A stretch of DNA of 61,750 nt, taken from the IMG/VR virus record IMGVR_UViG_3300025168_000086, positions 1 to 61,750 of that record; one strand, written 5' to 3'. Position numbers and translations under genes: made by a program. Each line of letters starts with the position of its first letter. The first letter of the stretch is position 1. This document shows, piece after piece, positions 37,341 to 48,558 of this stretch. This DNA is from a virus. Lineage: Duplodnaviria; Caudoviricetes. Below the pieces are notes generated by a model. It was not told where the DNA came from. It did not search any database and saw only the letters and a program-made list of their open reading frames with translations.

Positions 37341-39282
37341 CTACTTCACATGAATTTCCTGAACAAGCAAACGTCTGCGTTCCCGCTGTATTGTCTTCTT
37401 GTTCGTACTCTCCCAATCTACTCCAATCCACATCTTGTGGCATGGAAGCTAAAAGTTCTTTGTACTCTTCATCAGTGCAATCCTGATAAGGAGCTTGTCT
37501 ATATGTATGATCCGAGAATGGTAAGAATGATACACCGGAGACATCATCAAAATGTTCCCACACCCATGCCCCAACTTCCATCCACTCAGACTCTTTGACT
37601 GAAACGGTTATTGATGGTTTGTGTTCACACCAAAACTTCTGATACTTTAACCAAAGTTCCAGTTGTTCTAGCGCAGTAAGATCCATACGGAACACTGCAT
37701 TTTTTGGTGCCTTCATTGGGAATGAAAATACCATTGTATGTTCTGGCTTCATCACATCAGGTTCACATGGAAATCCAATTTCATCCATAAATGTACATAA
37801 TGGATCTTTGATATCTGCACGAACAGTACGAATATAATTTGGGTTATGTCGAGCATGAATCCCAGAAGCAGCGTCAACTAACTGAGAGACAGTTCCACTA
37901 GGTTTTACGCATGTAATAGCAACAGATTCATTTATTCCAATATTCTTTGCTGTCTTCTTGTTCTCTACTATTGCGGTAGTCTTCAGATGCGTTAGAAGCT
38001 CTTCTAGTCCCTTAGACTTACCGTTAGTGAGCTTACAATCCATGATACCTGTCATTGATACACCAAGAAGTCGTTCATCTTCACAATTACGTTCCCACTC
38101 ACTTGACAGATACTTAAAGTTAGTTAGAGTTGACTGCCAAGTTCCCAGAATCGTAGCAAGACGCACTTTGCGTTCAAGGGATTCTTTCGTATCGTCTCCA
38201 CGCACAACAATCTCGGTGAGGTTACAGAATTCTTTATCACGGAGAATGATCTCACTACATGGGTTGGTACCAAATTCATGATCAGTTTCTCGCAATCGAT
38301 AACCATCACCCATAGATTCTCTATGATTATTTGCATGTTCAATTTGTTTCTTGGCCGCATCTCGATTGAAGATACCACGCTCACCGGACTTACTCTTGTA
38401 GAGTGAAACCCATTCCTCCATAAACGTACCAATCTCAGGCTTCTCTCTATATGCTACTGAATTATTCGATAATGCTCTTTGTGGGTCGGAAACCCACCAC
38501 TGTCCGTGCTTCGCATCACGCATCCGTTCATCGGTAAGCGACGAGAGTGAGATAAGGGCACTTCTTCGTACTCCCCCAACCACGACAATTTCAGCAATCT
38601 TACAGATGACATCATGACACTCGATTGATGTGAGTTTTCTTCCAGCAGCTTTCTGATAGGTATCCACCGTGAATCGGAATAAATCGTCCAATGGCTCCGG
38701 ACCCGAAGCTCTACCACCGAAAGTTTTGAGTTTTGCTCCGGCAGATCTAACTTTAGATAAGTCCCATTTCGGAATCTGACCTCCAATAAGAAGGGAGTTG
38801 AGTTCCTTATATGCTTTAGCCCAACCCATCTTACTATCCTGTACAACAATGGTCGTATCACTATCTTCAAATTCTTCTGCAATTGTAGGAAGTTTCTTAA
38901 GGAAATCACGTTCGACACTAAACCCAACACCAGTACCACACATAAGTACATATAAAATTTCATCAAAGGCACGAACTCTACCTGAACTAGCAAAGGAACA
39001 ATTATATCCTGCAATGTTGTCTCGCTTAAGAGCTTCTCCGGCCGTCATGAGTGCTCTCATCGAAGGCATGACTTCTAGGTTAAGAACAGCAGTTTCGAGT
39101 TCTTCTCGTTCCTTCTTTGATACATTGTAATTATGAAACTCCTTAAGGTGTTCCTCAAAGAAGTTAAAATAACGACTAACAGTTTCAGACCAAGTCTCTC
39201 TCCTGCCTATTTCCGGTAACCATCTAGAGTAACGGGATAGGTGAATAAACGACTGATATAAACTTGGTAACTCTGTACTCAT
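37318..39282 (-). CDS. nrdJ: class II (AdoCbl-dependent) ribonucleoside-triphosphate reductase
   Basis: RYSRW, MPSMRALM, GTNPCSEI, TCVKPSGTVS, C-terminal ACSGNSCE; no nrdB nearby. Confidence 0.9.
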   Translation of the reverse strand: MSTELPSLYQSFIHLSRYSRWLPEIGRRETWSETVSRYFNFFEEHLKEFHNYNVSKKEREELETAVLNLEVMPSMRALMTAGEALKRDNIAGYNCSFASSGRVRAFDEILYVLMCGTGVGFSVERDFLKKLPTIAEEFEDSDTTIVVQDSKMGWAKAYKELNSLLIGGQIPKWDLSKVRSAGAKLKTFGGRASGPEPLDDLFRFTVDTYQKAAGRKLTSIECHDVICKIAEIVVVGGVRRSALISLSSLTDERMRDAKHGQWWVSDPQRALSNNSVAYREKPEIGTFMEEWVSLYKSKSGERGIFNRDAAKKQIEHANNHRESMGDGYRLRETDHEFGTNPCSEIILRDKEFCNLTEIVVRGDDTKESLERKVRLATILGTWQSTLTNFKYLSSEWERNCEDERLLGVSMTGIMDCKLTNGKSKGLEELLTHLKTTAIVENKKTAKNIGINESVAITCVKPSGTVSQLVDAASGIHARHNPNYIRTVRADIKDPLCTFMDEIGFPCEPDVMKPEHTMVFSFPMKAPKNAVFRMDLTALEQLELWLKYQKFWCEHKPSITVSVKESEWMEVGAWVWEHFDDVSGVSFLPFSDHTYRQAPYQDCTDEEYKELLASMPQDVDWSRLGEYEQEDNTAGTQTFACSGNSCEVVDLTTNS

Positions 39283-39354
39283 AACAAAAATCTCCGACTA
39301 TATTGTATAAAAACACTATTATATATGGTTTATTTAATAAGTAAACATAAAAAA

Positions 39355-42300
39355 CTAATATCCATACCCACCAGATGATGGTGGTGACATTGGTGGTGGT
39401 GACTGACGTGGCGGTGATGACTGACGTGGTGGTGGTGACTGACGTGGTGGTGTGGGCGTCGATGGAGTCACCGGATCAGGTTCTGGTGATTTGGTTTTTG
39501 TAGCTACACTTGACAGTTTAATGCCCGAACTAAGTGATATAACCTCTCTATCAGCGGATGTAGCGTTATCTCCAATAATACCAACGCGAGCTTGAGTAAC
39601 ATCACGATCAATTGGTCCACGAGAAGGATACCACACCAAACTATCCGAATCAGCAACCCTATATGACATTGCGCGAACAGTACCGTCATCCAGAACAATG
39701 TAATATATGTCTGCGTGTGCGGCCGCATATTCAATTTTTCTTCCTGATTCATCGTTCAAATTTGCATCTAATATGGTTAAATTTGCAGAATTCATAACAT
39801 ATGTGCTATCACGTCTATATTCTCTACCCAAAGCATCTGGATATGGAATACACTCTAAATTATCTTGATTGATAAAGTTTCTTTCATTAATTCTATTTGG
39901 AACCCTAAAATCCTTTAGGAAATTGGGATCATTTCGCAATTCATCTGGAATATTATTTGATAATTGACCTGAGTTTGCCCAAAATGAAAAGTTCTTTTTA
40001 ATGTCGATCAGAGGATTACCCTCTGCATCAAACAAAGATGGATCTAATATTCGCTCTGAAGCGTTTCCACCCAATGCTTGATCGAATACATCCCAATCAA
40101 TTTCTTCATTGTCTGGATCATCTGTACCAAAAAAGTTAGCTTCGAGAGCACCATACTGCTGTCCACCCTCAGATTCACCTTGTTGAGAAAATCCCCTGTA
40201 GTATGGATGAAGCGCACCCGATTCATGTGCTGGTATTCCGGGTAGGTATGGTGGTTGCATTGGTGTTGGATTATCGGCTGGTCCGGGTTCTGCAAAAGGT
40301 GTAATACTCGGGGGATTGCAAAATCCGGGATAACAGACACTCCCCTGAAATAATTGCCCTCGACTCGCATAAATAGATCCGATCATAGGAATACCGTCAG
40401 GGTAATTTGAATCTGTTTTAGATGGGTATATTTTACTGTCCCAAGTATTGAGGATTGGGTTAAATAAACCATTGGCTCTATTGTTTGGGTTTAATTTAAA
40501 GTTGTTTAAATTGCCTCGGTTAAAAAACAGATTCCAAAATCGAATGTCATCATATGTCCTCCATGGTTCATAATCAGGAACAACATTTACACCTCGCGGC
40601 TTAAAATATACCGGGTGTGGTACTGTAAAGAAATCTATATCTACACTATCACCAAACTCAAAACTTCCTGGTCCAGCAGATAAAAATGGTTCAGCAAATT
40701 CCACACCTTTCCATTGTTTTGCAGTTATGTAGGCAATCTTATCATTATTCGAGTGAATTACAATGCCAGATCTAGTACCCCCAATGTTTCTGGGTGGAAT
40801 ATAATGTCTATTCCCACCTTCTGTCCTAACAAATAATTTTTCATAATTAACTGGATCAAAAGATGTTGTTTTATCGGGATTGTTTGTTGCATTTTCGCGG
40901 TATCCCCATAGAGAATCATCTAGTGGATCAATATCAGGAGAGTATACATGTGTGGTCAATCTCGGAGACAACTTTTTCGCAAGCGAATTTATTAGATTAG
41001 CATTATCGAGTTGCATGACACCAAGGTGCATAATACCAGGCCTATAATTTGGAACGACCTCATCATCACTAATAACCAAAGGACTTAAACCACCATTTGG
41101 AATACCATAAACAACAGTAGAAAGATGTTCGAATGTATCACTCATTTGATAAACAGGGCATCTTTCGCCATTTGAGTCTTTTGGTATTTCCCTCAATGAT
41201 GCTGTTAGAAACCTAAGAATCGAATTATCTTCGTGAATCGGAGAGTTTGTTTCCGGATCAATCATTATACTTTCAGGTCTTGTGTAATCTCTATACTTAG
41301 CAGCAACCCGGTGTGGATCTCCATTCAGAATAAGTCGAATGAATTCATCGTTAACCCGCTTATCATAAATTGGTAGATCTTCTGCGTTTGGATCAGTTGG
41401 ATCTGATGGTAGTGTATATCCAATTTCAATGAAAGTTCTTTGCATATCAACAGTTATCACTCCATCAAACCCAAGCCCTGGCGATGATGTCAAAAAACCA
41501 CCGCCGTCTTGTGGAATATGACCAGCTTTCATGTACAGCGGATCTAGATCAGAATTGGGCACACCATTCGAATCATATGAACTGTACTTGGTCCTCTCTA
41601 TAAATCTAGAATAAGATTGCCCCGTGTCTGGAATGGAAACTGTTCGCAAATTTGGAGAAATTGTGCTCTTAATTTCACGAGCATAAAGCTTACCGTTATC
41701 ATCAATTGCGAATACAGTAACTCCCTCACCAGTAAGAGTACTACCTACTGCTTGAACTGATATAAACACAACATCTTCGGTATCAACTAAATGTCCGCTA
41801 TCATCCATCCAAAAATACTTTTCTGAACTCATATATGGGAACGAATTTAAATCCAACGGAACACCATTAGAATCCAAATGTTCTGACCAGTCTACTTTTC
41901 TATATTTCTCTGGGTACCATATGAAGAAATTCCTAACGAATGATTTTTCAGCACCGTATGATGTAGTTGAAGCGTTCGGTGTGGTGTTCGATAGCGGAGT
42001 ACAATTAGATAGAACATGAATCTTACCCTCTTCATCTAAAAGAATAGCAAGTTCATTACCGGCCATGGCCATTGATTTTATTTTTAAATCTTCATCGTAA
42101 TATTCAACTGCTGATGCTAAATGAGTATAGTTAGGATTACCCGACTCATAAACGTCTTTAAATTTTTCATTTAAAAATAATCTAAACAAGTGGCCAATAT
42201 TCGCAATGGGTTCTGCCAGATATTTGGTTATTCTATCAGTATAATTTAAACCTAAAGATGCACTTTCCTCATCTCCAGTCCAGTCAACAGGCTCTGCTAC

Positions 42301-43128
42301 AAATTTTTCTGATGCTGGATTGAAAATAGAATGATATTCGATACCCTCTGTCTGTACGCCTTTTTTGTTAAATAGATATTTGTCGAATAAAGATAATAAA
42401 CTAAAAATTGGTGGTTGCAATGCAAATGAGTATGCACTACTTACCTGTTTTATTTTACCCTCTTGATCTACATACAAACCATTATCAAAACCAGTCGAGA
42501 ATGTTTGCTCTTTTGCGTCTTGAATTTTTCCAGTGTCATCATTTCGGTAAGATCCATACTTATAAAAAGTAGGTCGTTTTGGTATTCTTTCTGTTAAAGT
42601 GACTAGATCAGGAAGTTCACTACTAGCCAATTCAGGTAGAGCTAGATTATATGTTCGTCTCACCACAGGGCTACTTTGATCGTAGATCAGATTAACTCCG
42701 GGTATCGTCTGTATAGATGATAGATCACTAATCGTGGCGACATTTGACTCGTATGAGCCATTAGGCACGAAATCAGCATTACCATCAGAATTACCATCAA
42801 AACCAAACATATCAAAGTTAGTCTCGTCAGCTCCCAATTGTTTCTTGTTGGTTGTCGCGGCACCAGCTAAACCTATTAATTGAAATAAACCATGTGAATT
42901 TTCCAATGGGGTTGGCCAACCAGTCCCACTTGCAATACCACCATCAAATCTATCTGAGAACAAACTAAGACTATATTCACTCTGACTAGAATCGACTGAA
43001 GTCGGATTATCATTCAGCAGAACTAATCCACCATAAATATCACCCTCAACATAGCGTTTTAAGATAAGCTGTGGGTTCTCGATCTCTGCATCACCACCAA
43101 GTCCACCATGTCCAAATGTATGTACCAT
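39355..43128 (-). CDS. 1257-aa probable structural protein with Pro-rich C-terminal repeats
   Basis: Long ORF in a late operon; PRQSPP repeats; weak RCC1-like strands. Confidence 0.7.
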   Translation of the reverse strand: MVHTFGHGGLGGDAEIENPQLILKRYVEGDIYGGLVLLNDNPTSVDSSQSEYSLSLFSDRFDGGIASGTGWPTPLENSHGLFQLIGLAGAATTNKKQLGADETNFDMFGFDGNSDGNADFVPNGSYESNVATISDLSSIQTIPGVNLIYDQSSPVVRRTYNLALPELASSELPDLVTLTERIPKRPTFYKYGSYRNDDTGKIQDAKEQTFSTGFDNGLYVDQEGKIKQVSSAYSFALQPPIFSLLSLFDKYLFNKKGVQTEGIEYHSIFNPASEKFVAEPVDWTGDEESASLGLNYTDRITKYLAEPIANIGHLFRLFLNEKFKDVYESGNPNYTHLASAVEYYDEDLKIKSMAMAGNELAILLDEEGKIHVLSNCTPLSNTTPNASTTSYGAEKSFVRNFFIWYPEKYRKVDWSEHLDSNGVPLDLNSFPYMSSEKYFWMDDSGHLVDTEDVVFISVQAVGSTLTGEGVTVFAIDDNGKLYAREIKSTISPNLRTVSIPDTGQSYSRFIERTKYSSYDSNGVPNSDLDPLYMKAGHIPQDGGGFLTSSPGLGFDGVITVDMQRTFIEIGYTLPSDPTDPNAEDLPIYDKRVNDEFIRLILNGDPHRVAAKYRDYTRPESIMIDPETNSPIHEDNSILRFLTASLREIPKDSNGERCPVYQMSDTFEHLSTVVYGIPNGGLSPLVISDDEVVPNYRPGIMHLGVMQLDNANLINSLAKKLSPRLTTHVYSPDIDPLDDSLWGYRENATNNPDKTTSFDPVNYEKLFVRTEGGNRHYIPPRNIGGTRSGIVIHSNNDKIAYITAKQWKGVEFAEPFLSAGPGSFEFGDSVDIDFFTVPHPVYFKPRGVNVVPDYEPWRTYDDIRFWNLFFNRGNLNNFKLNPNNRANGLFNPILNTWDSKIYPSKTDSNYPDGIPMIGSIYASRGQLFQGSVCYPGFCNPPSITPFAEPGPADNPTPMQPPYLPGIPAHESGALHPYYRGFSQQGESEGGQQYGALEANFFGTDDPDNEEIDWDVFDQALGGNASERILDPSLFDAEGNPLIDIKKNFSFWANSGQLSNNIPDELRNDPNFLKDFRVPNRINERNFINQDNLECIPYPDALGREYRRDSTYVMNSANLTILDANLNDESGRKIEYAAAHADIYYIVLDDGTVRAMSYRVADSDSLVWYPSRGPIDRDVTQARVGIIGDNATSADREVISLSSGIKLSSVATKTKSPEPDPVTPSTPTPPRQSPPPRQSSPPRQSPPPMSPPSSGGYGY
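39387..39453 (-). repeat. 21-bp tandem repeats encoding PPRQS(P/S)P
   Basis: TGACTGACGTGG recurring three times on the + strand. Confidence 0.75.
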
Positions 43129-43139
43129 TCAATTCCCCT

Positions 43140-43610
43140 TTACTTAGTTACTTCTCTGTTTACAACAAATCTACCCTTGAGAACTTTTATGGTTTCATTT
43201 GAAGGGTTGATAAATTCTAGATCATAGAAGTGTCTACCGAAAGGCATCTCAGATGTGGTCAGGGCATCCATTGCCACAAAAACACCACCTGTCGAATTAC
43301 CATGTGTTGATCCTGTAGATGAGGCATTAAAGTAAATACCCCCAGTTCTACCAGCACTAATTCCACCAGTAGATGTAGATTGGAAAAATCCGATTGTCCC
43401 ACCACCGATAATCGAAGCACCAGCACCAGTTGGTCCTGTTCCTAAAAGATACACAAGCATATCATCCGAACCAGCGAATTTACGAACTTGCATTTCAGCT
43501 TTCTTATAATTATTCAAATCTATGAGATTATCATCATTATCAGTAAACTGAAAATACAATCCAAATTTTTCACCTTGATCTATTTCTATGTCGTAGTTTT
43601 TTTGTGCCAT
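43140..43610 (-). CDS. tail/baseplate-associated Ig-like protein
   Basis: YDIEIDQG..IDL..AEMQVRK...YDLE..KVLKGRF.V..EVT family pattern. Confidence 0.7.
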   Translation of the reverse strand: MAQKNYDIEIDQGEKFGLYFQFTDNDDNLIDLNNYKKAEMQVRKFAGSDDMLVYLLGTGPTGAGASIIGGGTIGFFQSTSTGGISAGRTGGIYFNASSTGSTHGNSTGGVFVAMDALTTSEMPFGRHFYDLEFINPSNETIKVLKGRFVVNREVTK

Positions 43611-43623
43611 AATAGTTCCTTTA

Positions 43624-44364
43624 CTATGTATTTATAGTAAGGGCTTTCCATGAAAATGGGAAGAGAGGTTGTATAATATCACCAATTACTCTCGCATATT
43701 CACGGATCTCCCACTGTGCGTGATCATCAGACCTTTGACTATAGAATCTAGCATATGCTGCAAGTGATCCTGTCCAGTACCATTCCGTGTACATTGCTTG
43801 TGGTAAAATGAAACGTGCTTGCTCTGGAGCAACACCAGAATCAAGTAGTTTATGATATGCATCCAAAGATGCATTAAGTGAATCAGAGAACGCTCGTATT
43901 GTCGCTGAGGGTAAAGCTACGAAATCGTCACTACCCTGCTTTGCACCGTTCGTTGGTTGACCTCTCCAGTGAGGTAAATAAAACTCAGGCTCATGCGAAA
44001 CATATCTTCTGCTAATTTCATTCTCAACAAATCCCTGCTTGTGCTTAAAGAACTGAGTTCTAATTGACACGGGAGCTTTTATTCTCAACGTAATCTGTGG
44101 ATGTGCAAAGGGTGTCCAGTGCTTATTTTTTGCTAAGTATCGTATGAGTTTTTTATCAGATTCAGACAAAGTTTTGAACTCATTGCGAAGTTTATCTGCC
44201 TGCCAATTTGATCCCTGAATCTTTTTCATAGCCTCTTCATCATATGCCCACTCACTTTCTTTATTGAAAGAAACACGAGCAGCATTTACCACAGTGAGAT
44301 CATTACCCATGTGATCAACCAATTCAACATGTCCTGCATTTAAAATCTTAGTCACGTTCATCAT
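43624..44364 (-). CDS. thyX: FAD-dependent thymidylate synthase
   Basis: VVNAARVSF, HWTPFAH, NEISRRYV, APEQARFILP, HAQWEIR. Confidence 0.93.
   Translation of the reverse strand: MMNVTKILNAGHVELVDHMGNDLTVVNAARVSFNKESEWAYDEEAMKKIQGSNWQADKLRNEFKTLSESDKKLIRYLAKNKHWTPFAHPQITLRIKAPVSIRTQFFKHKQGFVENEISRRYVSHEPEFYLPHWRGQPTNGAKQGSDDFVALPSATIRAFSDSLNASLDAYHKLLDSGVAPEQARFILPQAMYTEWYWTGSLAAYARFYSQRSDDHAQWEIREYARVIGDIIQPLFPFSWKALTINT
43629..43636 (-). promoter_or_regulatory. T4 late promoter TATAAATA
   Basis: Perfect consensus inside the thyX 3' end, upstream of ORF 43610. Confidence 0.8.
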
Positions 44365-44530
44365 CTCCATAAAAAATATCAAAATCTTCTAATTCAGTAT
44401 AACTTTTAGCATAATCAACCGCTCTTCTCCATAAATCAGAATCGTTCTCTTTTACGTAATCTGAAAAATGATTTGCAAATTGAATTGTTGCCTCCAGAAA
44501 AACATCATCGGGAATATCTTCTTCCATCAT
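44348..44530 (-). CDS. small acidic hypothetical protein
   Basis: ORF coupled to primase and thyX. Confidence 0.65.
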   Translation of the reverse strand: MMEEDIPDDVFLEATIQFANHFSDYVKENDSDLWRRAVDYAKSYTELEDFDIFYGDDERD

Positions 44531-45579
44531 ATCTTTCTCCATTTCATTAATTTTAGTTTAGCTTCTAGCCCCGTGTAAATATTCTGATCAATTATACTTT
44601 TAATCTCCCTATGTGATCTCGTGTATATCATATCATTAATATCTTTTTGCTTTACATTTTCTGGCCAGATACAAACGGAACATTTTTTCTCTATGAGACG
44701 TTCCATGTAGTTTATAATTTGTTTGTTTCTTGGTTCATTATCGAGAGCGTATATAACGTCACTACAATCAAACCGAGGATGTATTTTTTCAATCGCACCA
44801 GCACCAACCATCGCTATGGTATTTGGTATAAACAAACTATCCAGTGGTCCTTCAACAACATAAACTCGTTTCTTAGGGTTAGCTCTCCACATACCATACC
44901 ATAATCGATCAATACTTTTATCAGCTTTCACTGTTATATAACGGGCAGTATGTCGAGCATTTTGTTCTGATTTTAAATTTAGAAGGCGACCCTGTGCAGC
45001 AACAAGATCACCTGTCTTATTAAAGAAAGGTATAATCAAACGCTCTTCCGCACCAAAGGCCATTGCTTCCGGATCCAATTTAGTCTGGAAAGATCCAAAG
45101 TCATCAGTATAATACAAAATATCATAATACTTTTCTGGTATCTTTCTCAACTTGACAAATTGTAAAGCTGGATGATCCTTACTTAGATCTTTAATTTTAG
45201 ATAGGTTTTGCAATAGTTTTGGTATTGGTTTAAATTTTGGCTTTGAGTGTATTCCTAACATGTCTTCCTTTTCTGGTTCGATGAAATTAGATCTGTTGTT
45301 CTCACCAGACTTCCATCTTTCCATGGAATAATCTTTCATCAACAACGGCGAGACCATCTCTAAAAATCTATATAGGGAGTGTCCAGCACCACAATTGTGA
45401 CATTTATAGAAAAAATCGTTACCTTTTTGAAAAAAGTAACCTCGTGCTTTTGTTTTATTTTTTTTCGAGTCCCCGCAAATGGGACATCGACAGTTAGCTA
45501 AATCATTCTTCTTCCAACTAAATTTATCTAGTTGAGGTGATACCAAATTGATAAATTTTTTATCAATGTAAGTAGTCAT
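44527..45579 (-). CDS. gp61: DNA primase (T4 gp61-like)
   Basis: CRCPICGDS, CHNCG zinc finger; VVEGPLDS, DNEPRN, KDINDM TOPRIM motifs. Confidence 0.93.
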   Translation of the reverse strand: MTTYIDKKFINLVSPQLDKFSWKKNDLANCRCPICGDSKKNKTKARGYFFQKGNDFFYKCHNCGAGHSLYRFLEMVSPLLMKDYSMERWKSGENNRSNFIEPEKEDMLGIHSKPKFKPIPKLLQNLSKIKDLSKDHPALQFVKLRKIPEKYYDILYYTDDFGSFQTKLDPEAMAFGAEERLIIPFFNKTGDLVAAQGRLLNLKSEQNARHTARYITVKADKSIDRLWYGMWRANPKKRVYVVEGPLDSLFIPNTIAMVGAGAIEKIHPRFDCSDVIYALDNEPRNKQIINYMERLIEKKCSVCIWPENVKQKDINDMIYTRSHREIKSIIDQNIYTGLEAKLKLMKWRKI

Positions 45580-46985
45580 TAAATGCTCCAACTTTCAAAT
45601 GAATTTTTTGATTCAAACTTAGAATCAAAGTTCTTACCATTAAATCCTGCACCAGAATCCTGACTTACACTTTGATTTGATTGTGTCAGATCACCAGATC
45701 CATGATCTACATCATACAGTTTCATTTTTCCTCTGTTAATACCAAGTAAGAATTTCTTATTACTAGCCACATCATTGTAGCGATTCTTCAATTGTTTAAC
45801 CATGATTTGATTTAGCTCTTCCAACTCTTCGGTAGATATCAAAGCAATCATGAAATCTGCGGTAGCCGGAAGTCCAAATGATTCTGATGTATCCTCAAGA
45901 CCAACATCACTATTATTAAATCCATTACGATTCACTTGTGTTGCAGAAAAAACAGGTACAGATCTTTCAACTGCCATACCACGAAGTTCTTCTGCGATCG
46001 CTTTAATATAAGTATAAGAATTCACGTTACTACCATTTTTCAAACGTGCTGAAGCACATATGTTCAAGTAATCAATAAAAATGATATCTGGTTTAAATTG
46101 CTTCTTCATCCACAACTCATCCAGTAAAGCACGAAAATGATTGACGTTTGCAGTCGCAGTAGGGTACTCCTTGACAATTAATTTACCCTTAATCTTAGAT
46201 TTTAGATTATTTAATTTCTTATTATATATTGTTTTGGGTAGATCCTGAACATTATCAATAGTCATATCTAGTAAATTGGCATCTATTCTCTCTGCAATTC
46301 TTTCTTCTGCCATTTCACATGTAATGTACAAAACATTATTGTTTTGCGATAAACAATTAGCTGCATGGTGACACAAAAATAATGACTTACCAACACCCGT
46401 ACCAGCCATGATTATGTTTAGCGTTTTCTGTGGTGTCCCACCGCCAGTTATCGTATTAAAATACTCAAGATCAAAAGGAACTTTTTGCTCCACTTTATGA
46501 TAAAAATCATATCTCTCATCAGAATCTTCCAGATAATCATGTCCAACGTGAGTATCAAAAGAAACTGCCAACGCATCAGATAGAATTTCTGGTATTGCGT
46601 TTGAATTTTGTGTTTTAGATTCACCATCAATGATGTGAATTGATTCCATGATGGCATTATATACTGCTTTATCCTTACAAAAGCTTTCTGTCTGTTCAGT
46701 CAACCAAGAAAAATCAACTTCATCATCGGACAAACTGTCTAACATAGAAGCAATTTGTTTAAAATCATCTTCGGTTACAGTTTTAAGTTTATCAATTTCA
46801 ATCAGAACAACTTCTTGTGTGGGGGCTGCATTGTAGGTAAGTATAAAATTTTGAACTATAGTAAAGGCTGTCTTTTCGTTTCTATCATGGAAATACTCCG
46901 CCTTTAAAAACGGAGTTACTTTCCTAGAATATTCTTCATTGTATAAAAGGTTCTGTAAAATGATTTGTTCAAGATTTTTTGTCAT
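45579..46985 (-). CDS. gp41: replicative helicase (T4 gp41-like)
   Basis: AGTGVGKS Walker A, IDYLNIC, SATQ, ESFGLPATAD, QLKNRY. Confidence 0.95.
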   Translation of the reverse strand: MTKNLEQIILQNLLYNEEYSRKVTPFLKAEYFHDRNEKTAFTIVQNFILTYNAAPTQEVVLIEIDKLKTVTEDDFKQIASMLDSLSDDEVDFSWLTEQTESFCKDKAVYNAIMESIHIIDGESKTQNSNAIPEILSDALAVSFDTHVGHDYLEDSDERYDFYHKVEQKVPFDLEYFNTITGGGTPQKTLNIIMAGTGVGKSLFLCHHAANCLSQNNNVLYITCEMAEERIAERIDANLLDMTIDNVQDLPKTIYNKKLNNLKSKIKGKLIVKEYPTATANVNHFRALLDELWMKKQFKPDIIFIDYLNICASARLKNGSNVNSYTYIKAIAEELRGMAVERSVPVFSATQVNRNGFNNSDVGLEDTSESFGLPATADFMIALISTEELEELNQIMVKQLKNRYNDVASNKKFLLGINRGKMKLYDVDHGSGDLTQSNQSVSQDSGAGFNGKNFDSKFESKNSFESWSI

Positions 46986-47298
46986 CACCCTCCTTTAAGA
47001 GTTCCCCATCTTCACCGGCAATAGATAACTGTTCATCTAGTACTTGAAAAAGAATGTTATTTAATACTTTATTGAGTTCTTCACTTTCATTAATGAAACC
47101 CGAAGCGTCACTTTCATTGAAATCTTGTTCATTTATGATATCATAATCATAATTAAAATTCAACTCTTCATCTTTTTCTTCAAAGTATACACCATCAAAT
47201 CTAAATTGTAGACCTGTATATTCACCCTCAGTAATTTCAATCGGGACATTACCGTCAACATACTCATCCATATATCGGTAACTAACATTATCATTCAC
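46969..47298 (-). CDS. gp40-like head vertex assembly chaperone
   Basis: Sits between uvsX and gp41 as in T4; acidic; GTG start inferred. Confidence 0.55.
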   Translation of the reverse strand: MNDNVSYRYMDEYVDGNVPIEITEGEYTGLQFRFDGVYFEEKDEELNFNYDYDIINEQDFNESDASGFINESEELNKVLNNILFQVLDEQLSIAGEDGELLKEGDDKKS

Positions 47299-48355
47299 TT
47301 TTCTCTTCCTCCACCCCTCCAGTATCATGTGACGAATCACTTGTTCCATATGTAAATTCTTTCTGTGCGACTCTATCCAATTCTTGCATAAAATCTTCAC
47401 AAAAGTATTTTTCCGGGTTCTTGTAGATTTGCTTTTCATATACTTTAGTACCATCTTTCAATTGGATTCTGTTTGAAACTTTACTTACCAATTCATACTT
47501 GAGGGCAAGATCAATTAGTCCATAGTAAGGATTTAGACCTTCGTCATAATTCAACAAAACGTCCACCATAGAATTTTCTTTGGTGAATCGACTCTTATAT
47601 AGCTTACAGTGGATGATGTTTCCAATCACATCTGTTCCATCCTTAACTTTCTTCTTAGATAGGTACACAATAGTTGATGCTGCATATTTGAGTCCAGAAC
47701 CACCACCCATTTCTTTCTGAGGAAACATAGAACCAATCACATCATATGTGTGGTTTGTCAGAATGAGTGGAATACCTGCTTTTCCTAACTTAAGAGTCAG
47801 AACTCGGAAAGTTGATTTGACCATCTGTGCTCGTGTCATATCACGAGTACCCTTACCATCGGCAGTGTCAGTAATTTCTTTATCGGTGCTCAACATACCA
47901 AGTGAGTCCAAGCAGATTAGCATAGGTTTTCTTTCTGACTTGGGTAGTTCAAGATATTTGTCAACAATTGTAATAGCTTGATGACGAAACTCTTCGATTG
48001 TTGCAACGGGGAACACAGCGACACGACTAGGATCAACTCCACGATCAGTGAACATATCTGATGTTACGGCTTGCTCAGTATCAAAATACAAAACTACCCC
48101 GTCACGATTGTCAGTCAGAAACTTATGTACGATACCGAGTGTAAAATAAGTCTTTCCCGTTGCAGATTCTCCTGCAATTGCGATAATCTTATTATTAGGA
48201 ATTCCACCCCAAAGAGAACCAGAAAGCAAAGCGTTAAAAGCATAAGATCCAGTGTCAACGAATCCATCTACGTCCGCACCATCCAATCCATTTTGGACAA
48301 TATTTGCATATTTGTTTCCACTCTCTTTCACAAAGTCATTTAAAAAATCGTTCAT
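47291..48355 (-). CDS. uvsX: UvsX RecA-like recombinase
   Basis: [31 protein letters not shown]. Confidence 0.95.
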   Translation of the reverse strand: MNDFLNDFVKESGNKYANIVQNGLDGADVDGFVDTGSYAFNALLSGSLWGGIPNNKIIAIAGESATGKTYFTLGIVHKFLTDNRDGVVLYFDTEQAVTSDMFTDRGVDPSRVAVFPVATIEEFRHQAITIVDKYLELPKSERKPMLICLDSLGMLSTDKEITDTADGKGTRDMTRAQMVKSTFRVLTLKLGKAGIPLILTNHTYDVIGSMFPQKEMGGGSGLKYAASTIVYLSKKKVKDGTDVIGNIIHCKLYKSRFTKENSMVDVLLNYDEGLNPYYGLIDLALKYELVSKVSNRIQLKDGTKVYEKQIYKNPEKYFCEDFMQELDRVAQKEFTYGTSDSSHDTGGVEEEKSE

Positions 48356-48366
48356 TAACATATCTC

Positions 48367-48558
48367 CTACTTCTGTTGTTTAATAATGGATAGAATTCTA
48401 CCAATGTTATCGCGATCACTTGCTAAACTACCAATTTCATCTAGGGAAGTTTCCTCATCTGCATATGATTCTCTTACACTATTACTTATCTCAGTATGAA
48501 TTGTAGATAAGTAATTTTCCAAAAATATTAAGTCTTTATATTCAATAGTAATGTTCAT
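48367..48558 (-). CDS. small hypothetical protein
   Basis: ATGA-coupled to the polymerase stop. Confidence 0.6.
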   Translation of the reverse strand: MNITIEYKDLIFLENYLSTIHTEISNSVRESYADEETSLDEIGSLASDRDNIGRILSIIKQQK

